From Defluviitaleaceae bacterium (GTDB lineage Bacteria; Bacillota; Clostridia; Lachnospirales; WQUN01), in NCBI GenBank assembly GCA_009777845.1, contig WRLD01000001.1:120177-184176 (forward strand): a stretch of DNA of 64,000 bases. Direction: 5' to 3'. The position numbers were made by a program, and so were the translations under genes. Positions 13,997 to 23,106 of the stretch are shown piece after piece; positions within the stretch are counted from its first letter, which is position 1; the number at the start of each line of letters is the position of its first letter. The notes below the pieces were generated by a model. That model did no database searches and had not been told where the DNA came from. It saw only the letters and a list, made by a program, of their open reading frames with translations.

Positions 13997-16684
13997 ATGC
14001 TGTCTAAATTTTCTAACCTTTCTAAAAGCGACAAAAAGCTAATATTCACAGTCGCAGGAATAGCCCTTGTGCTACTTATAGCCGTAGCGTGTATCGCTAT
14101 GCTTACCAACATGCCCGAAAAAAATGACGGCCTAGCCGAAAACACAGAAAACACCGAAAACCGCGAAACCACACAACCCTACCCACCCCAAAACGAAGCC
14201 CTGCCGCCGTCTGTCGCGCCGTCTGCGTTGGGAAGCATAAGCATTTTGCCGCTTAGCCAAAATGAATTTGGTGTAACGGTGGATTCCGACTTTTTAATTA
14301 CGTCAGAAACAAACGCGCTGGACACGGAACACCTAATAAGCTACCTATCCTCACGCAATGGCGAGCAGTTTACCATAACGGAACGAGAGCGCGAGGCAGA
14401 CGAGAACGCAGAATTTATCCTGCAATTCGACAACGAGCTAGAGCCAAACAAAATAGTAAGCCTAGTCTACCAGCCCCCATACCATGCCCCCACCTCTCAC
14501 GCGTTCCAAACTGCCGACCTCTTTCGTATAATCACCACCTCGCCTGCAAGCAATACGCACAATGTACCCCTAGACGGCAGTATACAAGTGACCTTTAACC
14601 GAGAGCTTGGCGGCTTGACGGCGTTTAATGACGCGCTTGTGTTTGACCCGCCGCTAGATGGCAGAGTATTACAGCTAGAGGACAGCTTTACCTACGTTTT
14701 CGCGCCTACTGCCCTAGCATCTAATACCACCTATAGAGTAACGGTCAAGCAAGGTCTTGTTAGCGTTTTGGGCGAGGCTATAGACGAGGACTATACCTTT
14801 TCGTTTTCTACGAGGTGGGGAAACACAGACATGCCGCCGTTTAGCGTTTTGGGCGATGTGTACGAAAATTTCCTGCCGTGGGACGAGGTCTTTATCGAGC
14901 TTGAATTTCCGCGCGATTTTACAGCGCGCAGCTTTACCGTAGAGCTGTCCAAGCTAGACGATTACGGGAGCTATATAAATTTTGATGGAACAGGGGAAAC
15001 GCCGATTGACAGCTACGAGCTAGAGGTCGTAGAGTTTGGCTCACAGTACGACGCTAGCTATTATTTATTCCTAGAAACAACACTGCCAGTGGGCTACTAT
15101 GTAGCAAGAATACGCGCCGAGGATATAGACACAACGGCACATAAATTCATACAGGTTTCGCCGCTGTCGGTGTATTCGCTTGTGCTTAACGATGAAGCCA
15201 TTTTTTGGGTGAATGATGCCGAAACAGGCGAGCCTGCCCAAGGCGCGAAAATCGCCGTAGACGGCTACGAAATAATAACCGACAGTGACGGCATTGCGAG
15301 GACAACCACCACTACCGTAAGCAGGCAAACACAAATAGTGGTAGACTATGCTCCGCATTTGCCCTTTGTGTACACCACGCCCACCTACGATAGCTACACG
15401 CTCATACCCTCCGACCGCTTTCTTTCCTATATGTACACCGACCGCCCTCGCTACCGCCCAGACGACACCATAGACGTGTTTGGCGTAATAATGCCGCGCT
15501 ACGGCCATTCTCATTCCTCCGAGGACGTATTTACATTAAAAATAGGCGACATGCTAGAAATGCCCATTAGCCTAGACTCGCATAGCTCCTTTGCGGTACG
15601 CGTGCCTGTCACCAATATGCTAGGCAACGCCACTATCGAGATTCAAGTAAACGGCGAACGGCTAATGTCCTCGTGGGTGTATTTTATTGATTATACCAAT
15701 CTTGAATTTATTCTTTCGGAGAAGCTAGACAAGCTAGTCTACGAGCCAGACGAAATCGCGCAGGTGGAAATAACCGTAACAAATTTTGCGGAGCAACCCA
15801 TAGCAGATGTCGAGCTAGTCCGTAGATGGGCGGACGAGCTTAGTCCGTACACGAGAATGTCCACGGGCGCGGACGGCATAGCCAGAGGAGAATTGCAGAT
15901 TATTACGCGCGGTACAACCTGGCAGCCCTACTGGGATAACGCGTGGTACGCTGTACAGGGCGATGCCCAAGGCTCGCAGGGCATTAGCCTAAATTATATC
16001 ACAGTACCGCGCGATATAATGCTCGAACACGAATGGAACGGCGATACACTGCTTGTAAGCACAAATGAAATCTTGGCCGAAAAAATAGCCGAACACTACA
16101 AAAACGAACGCATATGGACACCTATAGCAAATAATGTTTTCCGCGGCGAGCCAGTGGACGTTGATTTTGAAATTATTGTCACTAGGCATGTCACCACTCG
16201 TACAGAGCGTAGCCGTTACTACGACCGAATCAATCGGCGCGAGGCAGTCACCTATGATTACAGCCATACCCGAGATGAAAACTACATGCGTATCAACGGG
16301 CGTACGGTAAACGGCAAAGCGGAAATAACAAGCCTGCCAAGCTCGCAAGAGGAGCCGCTAATTAGTTATAGCTTTGAAATACGTTGCAAAGACACGAGGG
16401 GACGGGAAATCGTTGTTTGGCCGTGGCGGCCGTGGTGGTACGATATACCTCTGGAAGAATCCAATCTTCGTAATTTTATTTTTGTTCCAGAAAAAAGAAG
16501 CCTATGCGTGAATGAAACAACCGCTATTTCACTAAGGGAGTTTAGCGGATGGAGATTGCGTGAGGACACAACAGAACCCACACAAGGGCGATTGTTGCTT
16601 ATGACAACGCGTGACAAAATCCTTTCCGCTAATGTATCAAGCCCCCAAGGAGCGGAAGTGACCTTTACCCAAGAGGGGGATTAG
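13997..16684 (+). CDS. Alpha-2-macroglobulin-like large surface protein, N-terminal fragment (frameshifted gene)
   Basis: The ATG at 13997 lies 7 nt after GGAGG, and the TTG at 13967 is rejected. There is a signal-anchor helix and an SbsA-Ig-like segment (TSPASNTHNVPLDGSIQVTFNRELG). The ORF ends in a G5 run at 16675-16679. Confidence 0.6.
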   Translation: MLSKFSNLSKSDKKLIFTVAGIALVLLIAVACIAMLTNMPEKNDGLAENTENTENRETTQPYPPQNEALPPSVAPSALGSISILPLSQNEFGVTVDSDFLITSETNALDTEHLISYLSSRNGEQFTITEREREADENAEFILQFDNELEPNKIVSLVYQPPYHAPTSHAFQTADLFRIITTSPASNTHNVPLDGSIQVTFNRELGGLTAFNDALVFDPPLDGRVLQLEDSFTYVFAPTALASNTTYRVTVKQGLVSVLGEAIDEDYTFSFSTRWGNTDMPPFSVLGDVYENFLPWDEVFIELEFPRDFTARSFTVELSKLDDYGSYINFDGTGETPIDSYELEVVEFGSQYDASYYLFLETTLPVGYYVARIRAEDIDTTAHKFIQVSPLSVYSLVLNDEAIFWVNDAETGEPAQGAKIAVDGYEIITDSDGIARTTTTTVSRQTQIVVDYAPHLPFVYTTPTYDSYTLIPSDRFLSYMYTDRPRYRPDDTIDVFGVIMPRYGHSHSSEDVFTLKIGDMLEMPISLDSHSSFAVRVPVTNMLGNATIEIQVNGERLMSSWVYFIDYTNLEFILSEKLDKLVYEPDEIAQVEITVTNFAEQPIADVELVRRWADELSPYTRMSTGADGIARGELQIITRGTTWQPYWDNAWYAVQGDAQGSQGISLNYITVPRDIMLEHEWNGDTLLVSTNEILAEKIAEHYKNERIWTPIANNVFRGEPVDVDFEIIVTRHVTTRTERSRYYDRINRREAVTYDYSHTRDENYMRINGRTVNGKAEITSLPSSQEEPLISYSFEIRCKDTRGREIVVWPWRPWWYDIPLEESNLRNFIFVPEKRSLCVNETTAISLREFSGWRLREDTTEPTQGRLLLMTTRDKILSANVSSPQGAEVTFTQEGD

Positions 16685-16694
16685 CAGTATTGCA

Positions 16695-18902
16695 TTGTAT
16701 GGCGCGTATTTTGACGGTAAATATGTTTTCCCTGTATCTGGCTATCAGACCATAGAATATGACTTTACGGAGCAGAAATTAGAAATAGAGCTAGACTTTG
16801 ACAAGGAGGAATACCGCCCGAGCGAGGAGGTCACGCTAACTATACAAACTGCGGCACAATCGCAGGTTTTAATAAGCGTGGTAGACGAGTCGGCAATCCC
16901 TAACCAATGGCATAATGCCAATTTTATCAGAGAGCTATACCTAAGTTCGAGAAACTATAGATGGCAGAGCAGAAGCAGTCAGTACGCTTCCTATACACAG
17001 CACGATTTTGGCGGCTATGACGGCGGCGCGGAGGGCGGCGGCGGCGACGACGATTACGAGAGCGACCGATTCCGTGACTTTTTCGTGGATAACCCGATTT
17101 TTGAAATAGTAAAAACAGACGAAAACGGCGTAGGACAGCTCACATTTACCTTGCCCGACCAGATTACGTCATGGCGCGTTACTGCCATAGGGCTAACCGA
17201 GGACGGCTTTGCAGGCGATACCAAGGAAAATATTATTTCGTTCTTGGATTTTTACTGCGACCTGCTGTACACGCATGAGTATATCGCAGGTGACGATATA
17301 GCCGCCTTGGCTAGAGTTTACGGCGCGGACGAGGCCGAATTTACGTTTAATGTCTTATCGCAGGACGAAGTGATTTTTACCGATACACAGCAGGGGCGGC
17401 GCGTTGTTTTTAATGCAGGCAAGCTGCCAGTGGGCGAATACAAGGTACAGCTAGTAGCAAAAAGCGGAGAGCTAAGCGATGCGGTAGAGCTTCCGTTTAC
17501 TATAGTAGATTCGGCGTTGATTATTCAAAGCTACGTGTCGGGCGTGGTTTCGCCTGACGGCGATATTACCCTGCCAGAGCTTAATATGCGTGATTTTCCT
17601 GTGCGTATTACGCTAAGCAACGCGAATATACAACCGCTCACAAGCATTTTGTGGGCGGCGGCGTGCAGTCAATCTTCACGCACGGACAATAACGCGGCGG
17701 CGGCATACGCCCAATACTTTTTTACTGGCGAGGACAGCGCGTACAAGGTCGCGCACGCCAGTGACGGCGGGATTCCCGAGCTTATCTATGAAAATTCCGA
17801 CTGGTATTATACGGCGCGCTTTGCGGCGGCGTTTCCCGAATATGTAGAGCGTGAGAAAATTATTAGCTATGTACGGAACGGCATGGTTGACAGCGCAGGC
17901 AGAGCCGCAAGCACCGAAAAGCGCGCCGCTGGCTTGCTTGCTTTGGCGGCGGTGGGCGAGCCTGTTTTGCTTGAAATACAAGAGCTGTTAAGCGAGGCAA
18001 GAAGCACGTTAAGGAGCGGCAATTATAACGTGTACTTGTATCTTGCCGCCGCCTTGGTGACAATCGGTGACGATAGCGGCGCGGCAGAAATTATTTCCAA
18101 TTTAGATGCTAATGATGTAAGGCTTGACATGATTGAAACCCGCGACACGCTTATGTTCTATATAAATACCGCCCTTGACCCACAAGCGGCATGGGAATAC
18201 GTGCGAAAGGCTCCGCAAAACAAAATTGTAAGCGACATAGCCGAGCGAGTTAATTTTGTACGGCGTATACAGCTCATGGACGGCACAATTTCCGAGGTAG
18301 AATACACCCTAGACGGCGTACGGCACAGCCTGCGGCTAGAAAACGACCGCATACAGCAGCTGCATATATCCGCCTTCAGCACGCTGTGCGTTGTCTGCGC
18401 CCTATCGAACTACGGCAACCAGTATTTGCATATATCCAAGGAGCAGTTTGACGCGCTCGACCTAGTAGCCGTAAAGGGCGAAACTGAGTATTCAATCGAG
18501 TTTTACAGCTCGGACGGCTCGAACTGGAACGAAGCCGACAGAAACGTAAGCATAACGCGCGAAATAGAACACGAAAACGGCATGGAGCGTATTACGTTTA
18601 CTGTAACCGCGGACAGAGAGCGTACCTCGTTCTCCAGCTTTGTAATTTACGACCGTGTGCCAAGCAATATGCGCTTTATGTCCGCACGCCACCCATTGGG
18701 CGGCAGGCACGCATGGACGAACGTACGCCATATACAACGCCAGCTAGTAGAAATACGCTTTTGCCTTTGCTCGTACTGCGCCTATAGCCGTACTGTTTCG
18801 TACTACGCAAATAAGCTGTTTGATGCCGATATGGCGGACGGTGTGGCGTATGTGACTAATGGTCGGGTTTGGGGTCATTCGTGGGGGAGGACGGGGGCAT
18901 AG
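16695..18902 (+). CDS. Alpha-2-macroglobulin-like large surface protein, C-terminal fragment
   Basis: This is the +1 frame relative to the upstream fragment, and it is open from 16662. FRDFFVDNPIFEIVKTDENGVGQLTFTLPDQITSWRVTAIGLTEDGF is the classic A2M-family block. I saw no CxEQ thioester motif. Confidence 0.6.
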   Translation: MYGAYFDGKYVFPVSGYQTIEYDFTEQKLEIELDFDKEEYRPSEEVTLTIQTAAQSQVLISVVDESAIPNQWHNANFIRELYLSSRNYRWQSRSSQYASYTQHDFGGYDGGAEGGGGDDDYESDRFRDFFVDNPIFEIVKTDENGVGQLTFTLPDQITSWRVTAIGLTEDGFAGDTKENIISFLDFYCDLLYTHEYIAGDDIAALARVYGADEAEFTFNVLSQDEVIFTDTQQGRRVVFNAGKLPVGEYKVQLVAKSGELSDAVELPFTIVDSALIIQSYVSGVVSPDGDITLPELNMRDFPVRITLSNANIQPLTSILWAAACSQSSRTDNNAAAAYAQYFFTGEDSAYKVAHASDGGIPELIYENSDWYYTARFAAAFPEYVEREKIISYVRNGMVDSAGRAASTEKRAAGLLALAAVGEPVLLEIQELLSEARSTLRSGNYNVYLYLAAALVTIGDDSGAAEIISNLDANDVRLDMIETRDTLMFYINTALDPQAAWEYVRKAPQNKIVSDIAERVNFVRRIQLMDGTISEVEYTLDGVRHSLRLENDRIQQLHISAFSTLCVVCALSNYGNQYLHISKEQFDALDLVAVKGETEYSIEFYSSDGSNWNEADRNVSITREIEHENGMERITFTVTADRERTSFSSFVIYDRVPSNMRFMSARHPLGGRHAWTNVRHIQRQLVEIRFCLCSYCAYSRTVSYYANKLFDADMADGVAYVTNGRVWGHSWGRTGA

Positions 18903-18957
18903 GGGGCGTTGCCCCTTTTCACCGCTGTACTTTGGTGGGAATGTCGTCACGAGCCTT
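18902..18957 (+). repeat. Family D element, copy D1 (short form)
   Basis: GGGGGCGTTGCCCCTTTTCACCGCTGTACTTTGGTGGGAATGTCGTCACGAGCCTTT starts at the last base of the TAG stop of the A2M-like gene. Confidence 0.7.
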
Positions 18958-18984
18958 TATAGATTCGCGGGGGATTTAAAGGCA

Positions 18985-19094
18985 ATGGAACGCGGATTTA
19001 CACGGATTTACGCGGATTGGCTCGTGCGAAAACATTTCACGGATTTCCCACGAACGAATCCGCGTAATCTGCGTAAATCCGTTAAATCCGTGTT
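18985..19094. repeat. Family A short element (ATGGAACGCGG left end, AAATCCGTGTTT right end)
   Basis: ATGGAACGCGGATTTACACGGATTTACGCGGATTGGCTCGTGCG...GAATCCGCGTAATCTGCGTAAATCCGTTAAATCCGTGTTT. Confidence 0.65.
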
Positions 19095-19184
19095 TAAATA
19101 TACCTTTTTTTCGCTTATATTTCTTCCGTGCCTCGCTCCCTCTGTGGGAAAATATTCCTGCCTGTCCCGCAATTCGCAAGGTTT

Positions 19185-19297
19185 TGTAGGGGACGGATTT
19201 ATCCGTCCCGAGGTATGCACGCTCGTCAATTCGGGCAGGGTAACGTCAATTAAAATAGAGCGAGGTAATCTCGGGACGGATAAATCCGTCCCCTACA
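19185..19297. repeat. Family C element, copy C3
   Basis: TGTAGGGGACGGATTTATCCGTCCCGAGGTATGCACGCTCGTCAATTCGGGCAGGG...CTCGGGACGGATAAATCCGTCCCCTACA. Confidence 0.85.
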
Positions 19298-19344
19298 AGT
19301 AGCCGTCACTAAGCCTTGAGAGATTGGCAGGTTTTTTAAAGGCA

Positions 19345-19458
19345 ATGGAACGCGGATTTACACGGATTACGCGGATTTTGTCTGCGTAAATTACCAAACG
19401 GCGATATATTTTCCCACGAGCCAATCCGCAAAATCCGCGTAAATCCGTTAAATCCGTG
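19345..19458. repeat. Family A short element
   Basis: ATGGAACGCGGATTTACACGGATTACGCGGATTTTGTCTGCGTAAATTACCAAACGGCG...CCAATCCGCAAAATCCGCGTAAATCCGTTAAATCCGTG. Confidence 0.65.
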
Positions 19459-19460
19459 TG

Positions 19461-19487
19461 AAGCCCTTGAAGCCCTTGAAGCCTTTA
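19461..19487. repeat. 9-bp tandem repeat AAGCCCTTG x3 (third copy degenerate)
   Basis: AAGCCCTTG AAGCCCTTG AAGCCTTTA read directly from the sequence. Confidence 0.7.
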
Positions 19488-19512
19488 AATCCCTTAAATC
19501 TACATTTTATCG

Positions 19513-19665
19513 TCTGTCGTGCCTCGCTCCCTCTGTGCCTCTGTGCCTCTGTGTGAAAAAATCTTTTAACTAAAGAATGGAGCTATACGCTTTACCTACG
19601 TTCATTATTTGTCAAAAAGATTTTCACACAGAGGCACAGAGGCACAGAGGGAGCGAGGCACGGAA
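19513..19665. repeat. Family B hairpin element, copy B2 (loop inverted relative to B1)
   Basis: The arms are the same as in B1, and the loop AACTAAAGAATGGAGCTATACGCTTTACCTACGTTCATTATTTGTC is the reverse complement of the B1 loop. A truncated left arm also occurs at 19126-19146. Confidence 0.8.
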
Positions 19666-19680
19666 GGCATCACTATATTT

Positions 19681-19793
19681 TGTAGGGGACGGATTTATCC
19701 GTCCCGAGGTATGCACGCTCTATAATTCGGGGCAGGTAACGTCAATTAAAGTAAAGCGAGGTAATCTCGGGACGGATAAATCCGTCCCCTACA
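19681..19793. repeat. Family C element, copy C4
   Basis: Same ends as C1-C3. Confidence 0.85.
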
Positions 19794-19916
19794 GGTAGCC
19801 GTTACGAAGCCTTGAGAGTTTGGCGGATTTTTTAAAGGCAATTTCCATAAACAACAATCCACGCACTTTTAAATTACACTTGCGGGAATTTTATTTTATA
19901 TTAAAATAGGTACATA

Positions 19917-19946
19917 CTTAAAAATCGCCAAGGGCAAATTAAAAAA
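19917..19946 (+). promoter_or_regulatory. Degenerate copy (L5) of the hairpin leader motif
   Basis: CTTAAAAATCGCCAAGGGCAAATTAAAAAA is followed by CTGGAGG and the ATG at 19962. It aligns to L3 with one indel, and the stem is weakened. Confidence 0.3.
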
Positions 19947-19961
19947 CTGGAGGTTACAAAA

Positions 19962-21509
19962 ATGAAAAGGCTAATTTTTGCACTGGTTGCCGTTGCCATG
20001 CTTTTTACGGCAATGCAGGTAAACGCGCAAGGCATAACCAACACCGTCCGCGAAATCAACGGCGAAATGGTTGTTATTTCCACCACGGACGGCAGGGCAT
20101 TACAGCGTGACACCACAGGCATTACCGCCTTTTCGGACGACTTCCCCGCCCCGAGCAACCCACACTGGGGCGAAAACTACGAAATACACTTTGGCGAGCT
20201 TGATTTTGCCGAGGGCATGTATCACGTTCTCTTGTACAAGGACGATGTGTTGATTTCCGACCTTCGCCATTATCTTTTCGATTGGTATAACCAAGGCTTT
20301 CTTACTGCATTTTGCCACAAATATATTACAGACAGCGGTGTCTATCGCTTTGAGGTAGCGGGAATAATCGACGCTGTATTTGACCCATCAGTCGGCTTTA
20401 CCTACGAGTGCGGAGAGTACGCCGAATCGTCAATTACGTACACCAAGCCTGCGGAAGCACTTGGCACAGCCACAAACCTACGGTGGGAGCAGGGCAGTGA
20501 CAGAATGATTTTGCACTGGGATTTACCGCCCGACGTAGACGAGAATGCGCAATACGATATATGTCTTTATAAGCTAGACGATTTGGGCGAACCAGACATT
20601 GCCGCTTTCACATACGGCATGGCGGTGCATAACCACCCTACCTACTTTGATGGGTTTAATTCTAACTGGGGATTTACAGAACCCGGCACATATTTTGCCA
20701 CAGTACGCTTGCTCAGCGGACGTTTGGACGAAATCGCCAGCGGCGTGGAAGCCGAAAGCCCCTACTACGATTTAGCCGAGGTTGTTGTCAATATCGGCAG
20801 AGATGTCGAATATCTGTTCTATGATGTGCTTGACGGCTTTGTTTCCCCCGAAGAGGCAAGGGACACACTCGCAAGCATGAACAACCACGACCTAGCCGTT
20901 GCTATGCAGGGCGACCCCGCCGTGCTTGACGACATAAAATCGCTAGAGTATTTATACAACTCCCAAAAGGGCATAAGCGTAAGCCGAACAGTAGCGGACG
21001 AAATAGACCTAGATGCGGACAAAATAAGCGTTGTCGGCGCGGGCTTCAACACAAGCGTTTTCGGGCAGGACATGAAGCTAAACTTTACCGTGCCTAACGA
21101 GCAAGTAGTAGTAAACGACAGCCAGTACAAAAACTGGGTACAGTTTAACATAGACCTAGACGGCAGAGATACGCCCGCAGGCGGAGAGCTAGACGTACCA
21201 GTACAAATTACCATGCCGATTCCTGCGGGAGTTTCGCTGATTCGGTTTGTTATACTGCACTACAAAGCGGACGGCTCCTACGACACCATTCACCCTATTC
21301 TCAACCTTGATGACGGCACGGCTACTTTTACGGTAACGCGGTTTAGCGTGTTTGTTTTCGCTAATGGCGTAGACGATGGTTTTCCCGCTACTGGCGTTTC
21401 GAGCCACACAACGCAGTCTATGCTAATGCTTGGGCTTTTTGCTGTGGCGGTTGTTTTGTTTGGGGTTGTGTTTTCTCGTGGGGCTTTATGGAATAGAACG
21501 CGGATTTAG
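19962..21509 (+). CDS. Secreted surface protein with an FPATG sorting-signal-like C-terminus
   Basis: It has a signal peptide (MKRLIFALVAVAMLFTAMQVNA). The C-terminus is FPATG, then a hydrophobic helix, then SRG...NRTRI. The last residues and the stop are encoded by a solo family A end (TGGAATAGAACGCGGATTTAG). Confidence 0.65.
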   Translation: MKRLIFALVAVAMLFTAMQVNAQGITNTVREINGEMVVISTTDGRALQRDTTGITAFSDDFPAPSNPHWGENYEIHFGELDFAEGMYHVLLYKDDVLISDLRHYLFDWYNQGFLTAFCHKYITDSGVYRFEVAGIIDAVFDPSVGFTYECGEYAESSITYTKPAEALGTATNLRWEQGSDRMILHWDLPPDVDENAQYDICLYKLDDLGEPDIAAFTYGMAVHNHPTYFDGFNSNWGFTEPGTYFATVRLLSGRLDEIASGVEAESPYYDLAEVVVNIGRDVEYLFYDVLDGFVSPEEARDTLASMNNHDLAVAMQGDPAVLDDIKSLEYLYNSQKGISVSRTVADEIDLDADKISVVGAGFNTSVFGQDMKLNFTVPNEQVVVNDSQYKNWVQFNIDLDGRDTPAGGELDVPVQITMPIPAGVSLIRFVILHYKADGSYDTIHPILNLDDGTATFTVTRFSVFVFANGVDDGFPATGVSSHTTQSMLMLGLFAVAVVLFGVVFSRGALWNRTRI

Positions 21510-21542
21510 TCTTGTAATGATATAATGGAGGTCGCTTAAATA

Positions 21543-21992
21543 ATGTCAAAGCTAAAATTATACTTGGATATGTGTTGCTTCAACAGACCCTACGACGACC
21601 AACAGCAGGCACGTATTCATGTCGAATCCCTAGCGAAGCTAAGCATACAGCAATTATTGACAGTTGGGGCTTTGGAGTTTGTATGGTCGTATATTTTGGA
21701 ATTTGAAAACAGCAGAAATCGTTATAAACTTAGACAAGACACCATTCATAAGTTTTCATACCGCTGTGTCCAATATGTAGACGAAACAAACGAGGACAGT
21801 ATTATTAAAATAGCGTTGCCTATCATGGCACAGGGCGTGAAAGAAAAGGATTCCCTGCATGTTGCTTGTGCTGTATATTCGGCTTGTGATTATTTTATTA
21901 CCACTGATGACAGACTACTAAAATATAAGGACGATAGGATAAAGCTACTAAATCCTGTACAATTTATCGAAGAAACGGAGAACAATTTATGA
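21543..21992 (+). CDS. PIN-domain protein (putative toxin)
   Basis: LYLDMCCFNRPYDDQQQARIHVES...DSLHVACAVYSACDYFITTDDRLLKY carries acidic residues in the PIN arrangement. Confidence 0.6.
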   Translation: MSKLKLYLDMCCFNRPYDDQQQARIHVESLAKLSIQQLLTVGALEFVWSYILEFENSRNRYKLRQDTIHKFSYRCVQYVDETNEDSIIKIALPIMAQGVKEKDSLHVACAVYSACDYFITTDDRLLKYKDDRIKLLNPVQFIEETENNL

Positions 21993-22192
21993 TAAGTGAC
22001 GCTATTATTATGGAAAAAGGAATGCGCTCCTTGGTTGAGAGCTTGGGGGAAGTAAACGCGGAGCGATTTATAACTCGTTTAATTCGCGAGCCGTTTGATT
22101 ACACAAAATGGCAACGCAATTTATTTGAGAGCATGTCTATTGAGGAAATAAGCGGCGAGGCTGTAAGGTATTGTAAAGAAAATCCAAGATAG
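21989..22192 (+). CDS. Small partner protein of the PIN gene (putative antitoxin or adaptor)
   Basis: 67 aa with an ATGA overlap to the PIN gene. LGEVNAERFITRLIREPFDYTKWQRNLFESMSIEEIS recalls partners seen next to this PIN type. Confidence 0.45.
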   Translation: MISDAIIMEKGMRSLVESLGEVNAERFITRLIREPFDYTKWQRNLFESMSIEEISGEAVRYCKENPR

Positions 22193-22200
22193 AACGCAGT

Positions 22201-23106
22201 GTGAGTATGCTACAACTTATAACACTAATTACAATCCTCTTTTTATCACCCCCTCCGCTACCCCCCCCACAAGACTTCGCCGACCTCCTGCACGAAGCCC
22301 CAAAAAACGCGGAAGCACGGACAGAACCACGCCACGCCTTCAACCACATCTCCCCCGAGCGTTTCCTATCGTCAGTACAAAACGCGCGTGCCTACGAAAT
22401 AACCGACCATATCGCGGCTGGGGTAGTACCGCACCACGATACGGCGGCGGCAATGATTAGCGGCTTTTTTGCACAGGCGGCGCGGTTTGAGTACGACACG
22501 GTTATTATTCTCGCGCCAAACCACGAAAACAACGCCGCTATAGTGACCTCGTACCGCGATTGGGAAATCGGCGTTTTTGCACACCGCGAATTTGCGGCGG
22601 ACTTGCTCGCGGCGCGTGTCGGCGCGGAAATCGACCACGAATATGTAGAGCGCGACCATTCCGCCGCTATTTTGATGCCGTATATCGAGCATTATTTGCC
22701 GCACACAAAAGTCGCGCCTGTTTTGCTTGGGCGTTCCTTGGGCTTTGACGGCACTCTGCGTTTTTATGATTGGCTAAAAAATTGGGTCAGCGAAAGCGGC
22801 GAAAGCGTTTTGCTCGTGGCTTCCGTTGACTTTTCTCATTTTTTAGACGTGCCTAATGCGGCGGAGCATGATAGAATAACGTGGGAAGCAATTCTTGCGC
22901 GTGATTATTTGAAAATACACGCCATGAACAGTAGCTTTTTGGATTCGGCGGCGGCGATGATTGTTTGGTTAAACTATCTGCACGATTTGGGAATAGAGCC
23001 GCGCCTAATCGACCGCAAAAGCTCCGCGGATTTTGTCGCGGGCTTGGAACAGGTAACTACTTACAAGGTAATTGTCGGAGGGGCTTTGCCCCTTTTCTCC
23101 GACTGA
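22201..23106 (+). CDS. MEMO1 / AmmeMemoRadiSam-system-protein-B-like protein with an N-terminal TM segment
   Basis: AAGVVPHHDTAAAMISGFF...VIILAPNHEN...ERDHSAAILMPYIEHY...LLVASVDFSHFL follows the Memo-like metal-site pattern. The final GALPLFSD-stop is encoded by repeat D2. Confidence 0.45.
   Translation: MSMLQLITLITILFLSPPPLPPPQDFADLLHEAPKNAEARTEPRHAFNHISPERFLSSVQNARAYEITDHIAAGVVPHHDTAAAMISGFFAQAARFEYDTVIILAPNHENNAAIVTSYRDWEIGVFAHREFAADLLAARVGAEIDHEYVERDHSAAILMPYIEHYLPHTKVAPVLLGRSLGFDGTLRFYDWLKNWVSESGESVLLVASVDFSHFLDVPNAAEHDRITWEAILARDYLKIHAMNSSFLDSAAAMIVWLNYLHDLGIEPRLIDRKSSADFVAGLEQVTTYKVIVGGALPLFSD

Noticed and set aside
16695-18902. Thioester-type (CxEQ) alpha-2-macroglobulin.
   Set aside because: I found no CxEQ motif in either fragment, so only the general A2M/MG-domain family call is made.
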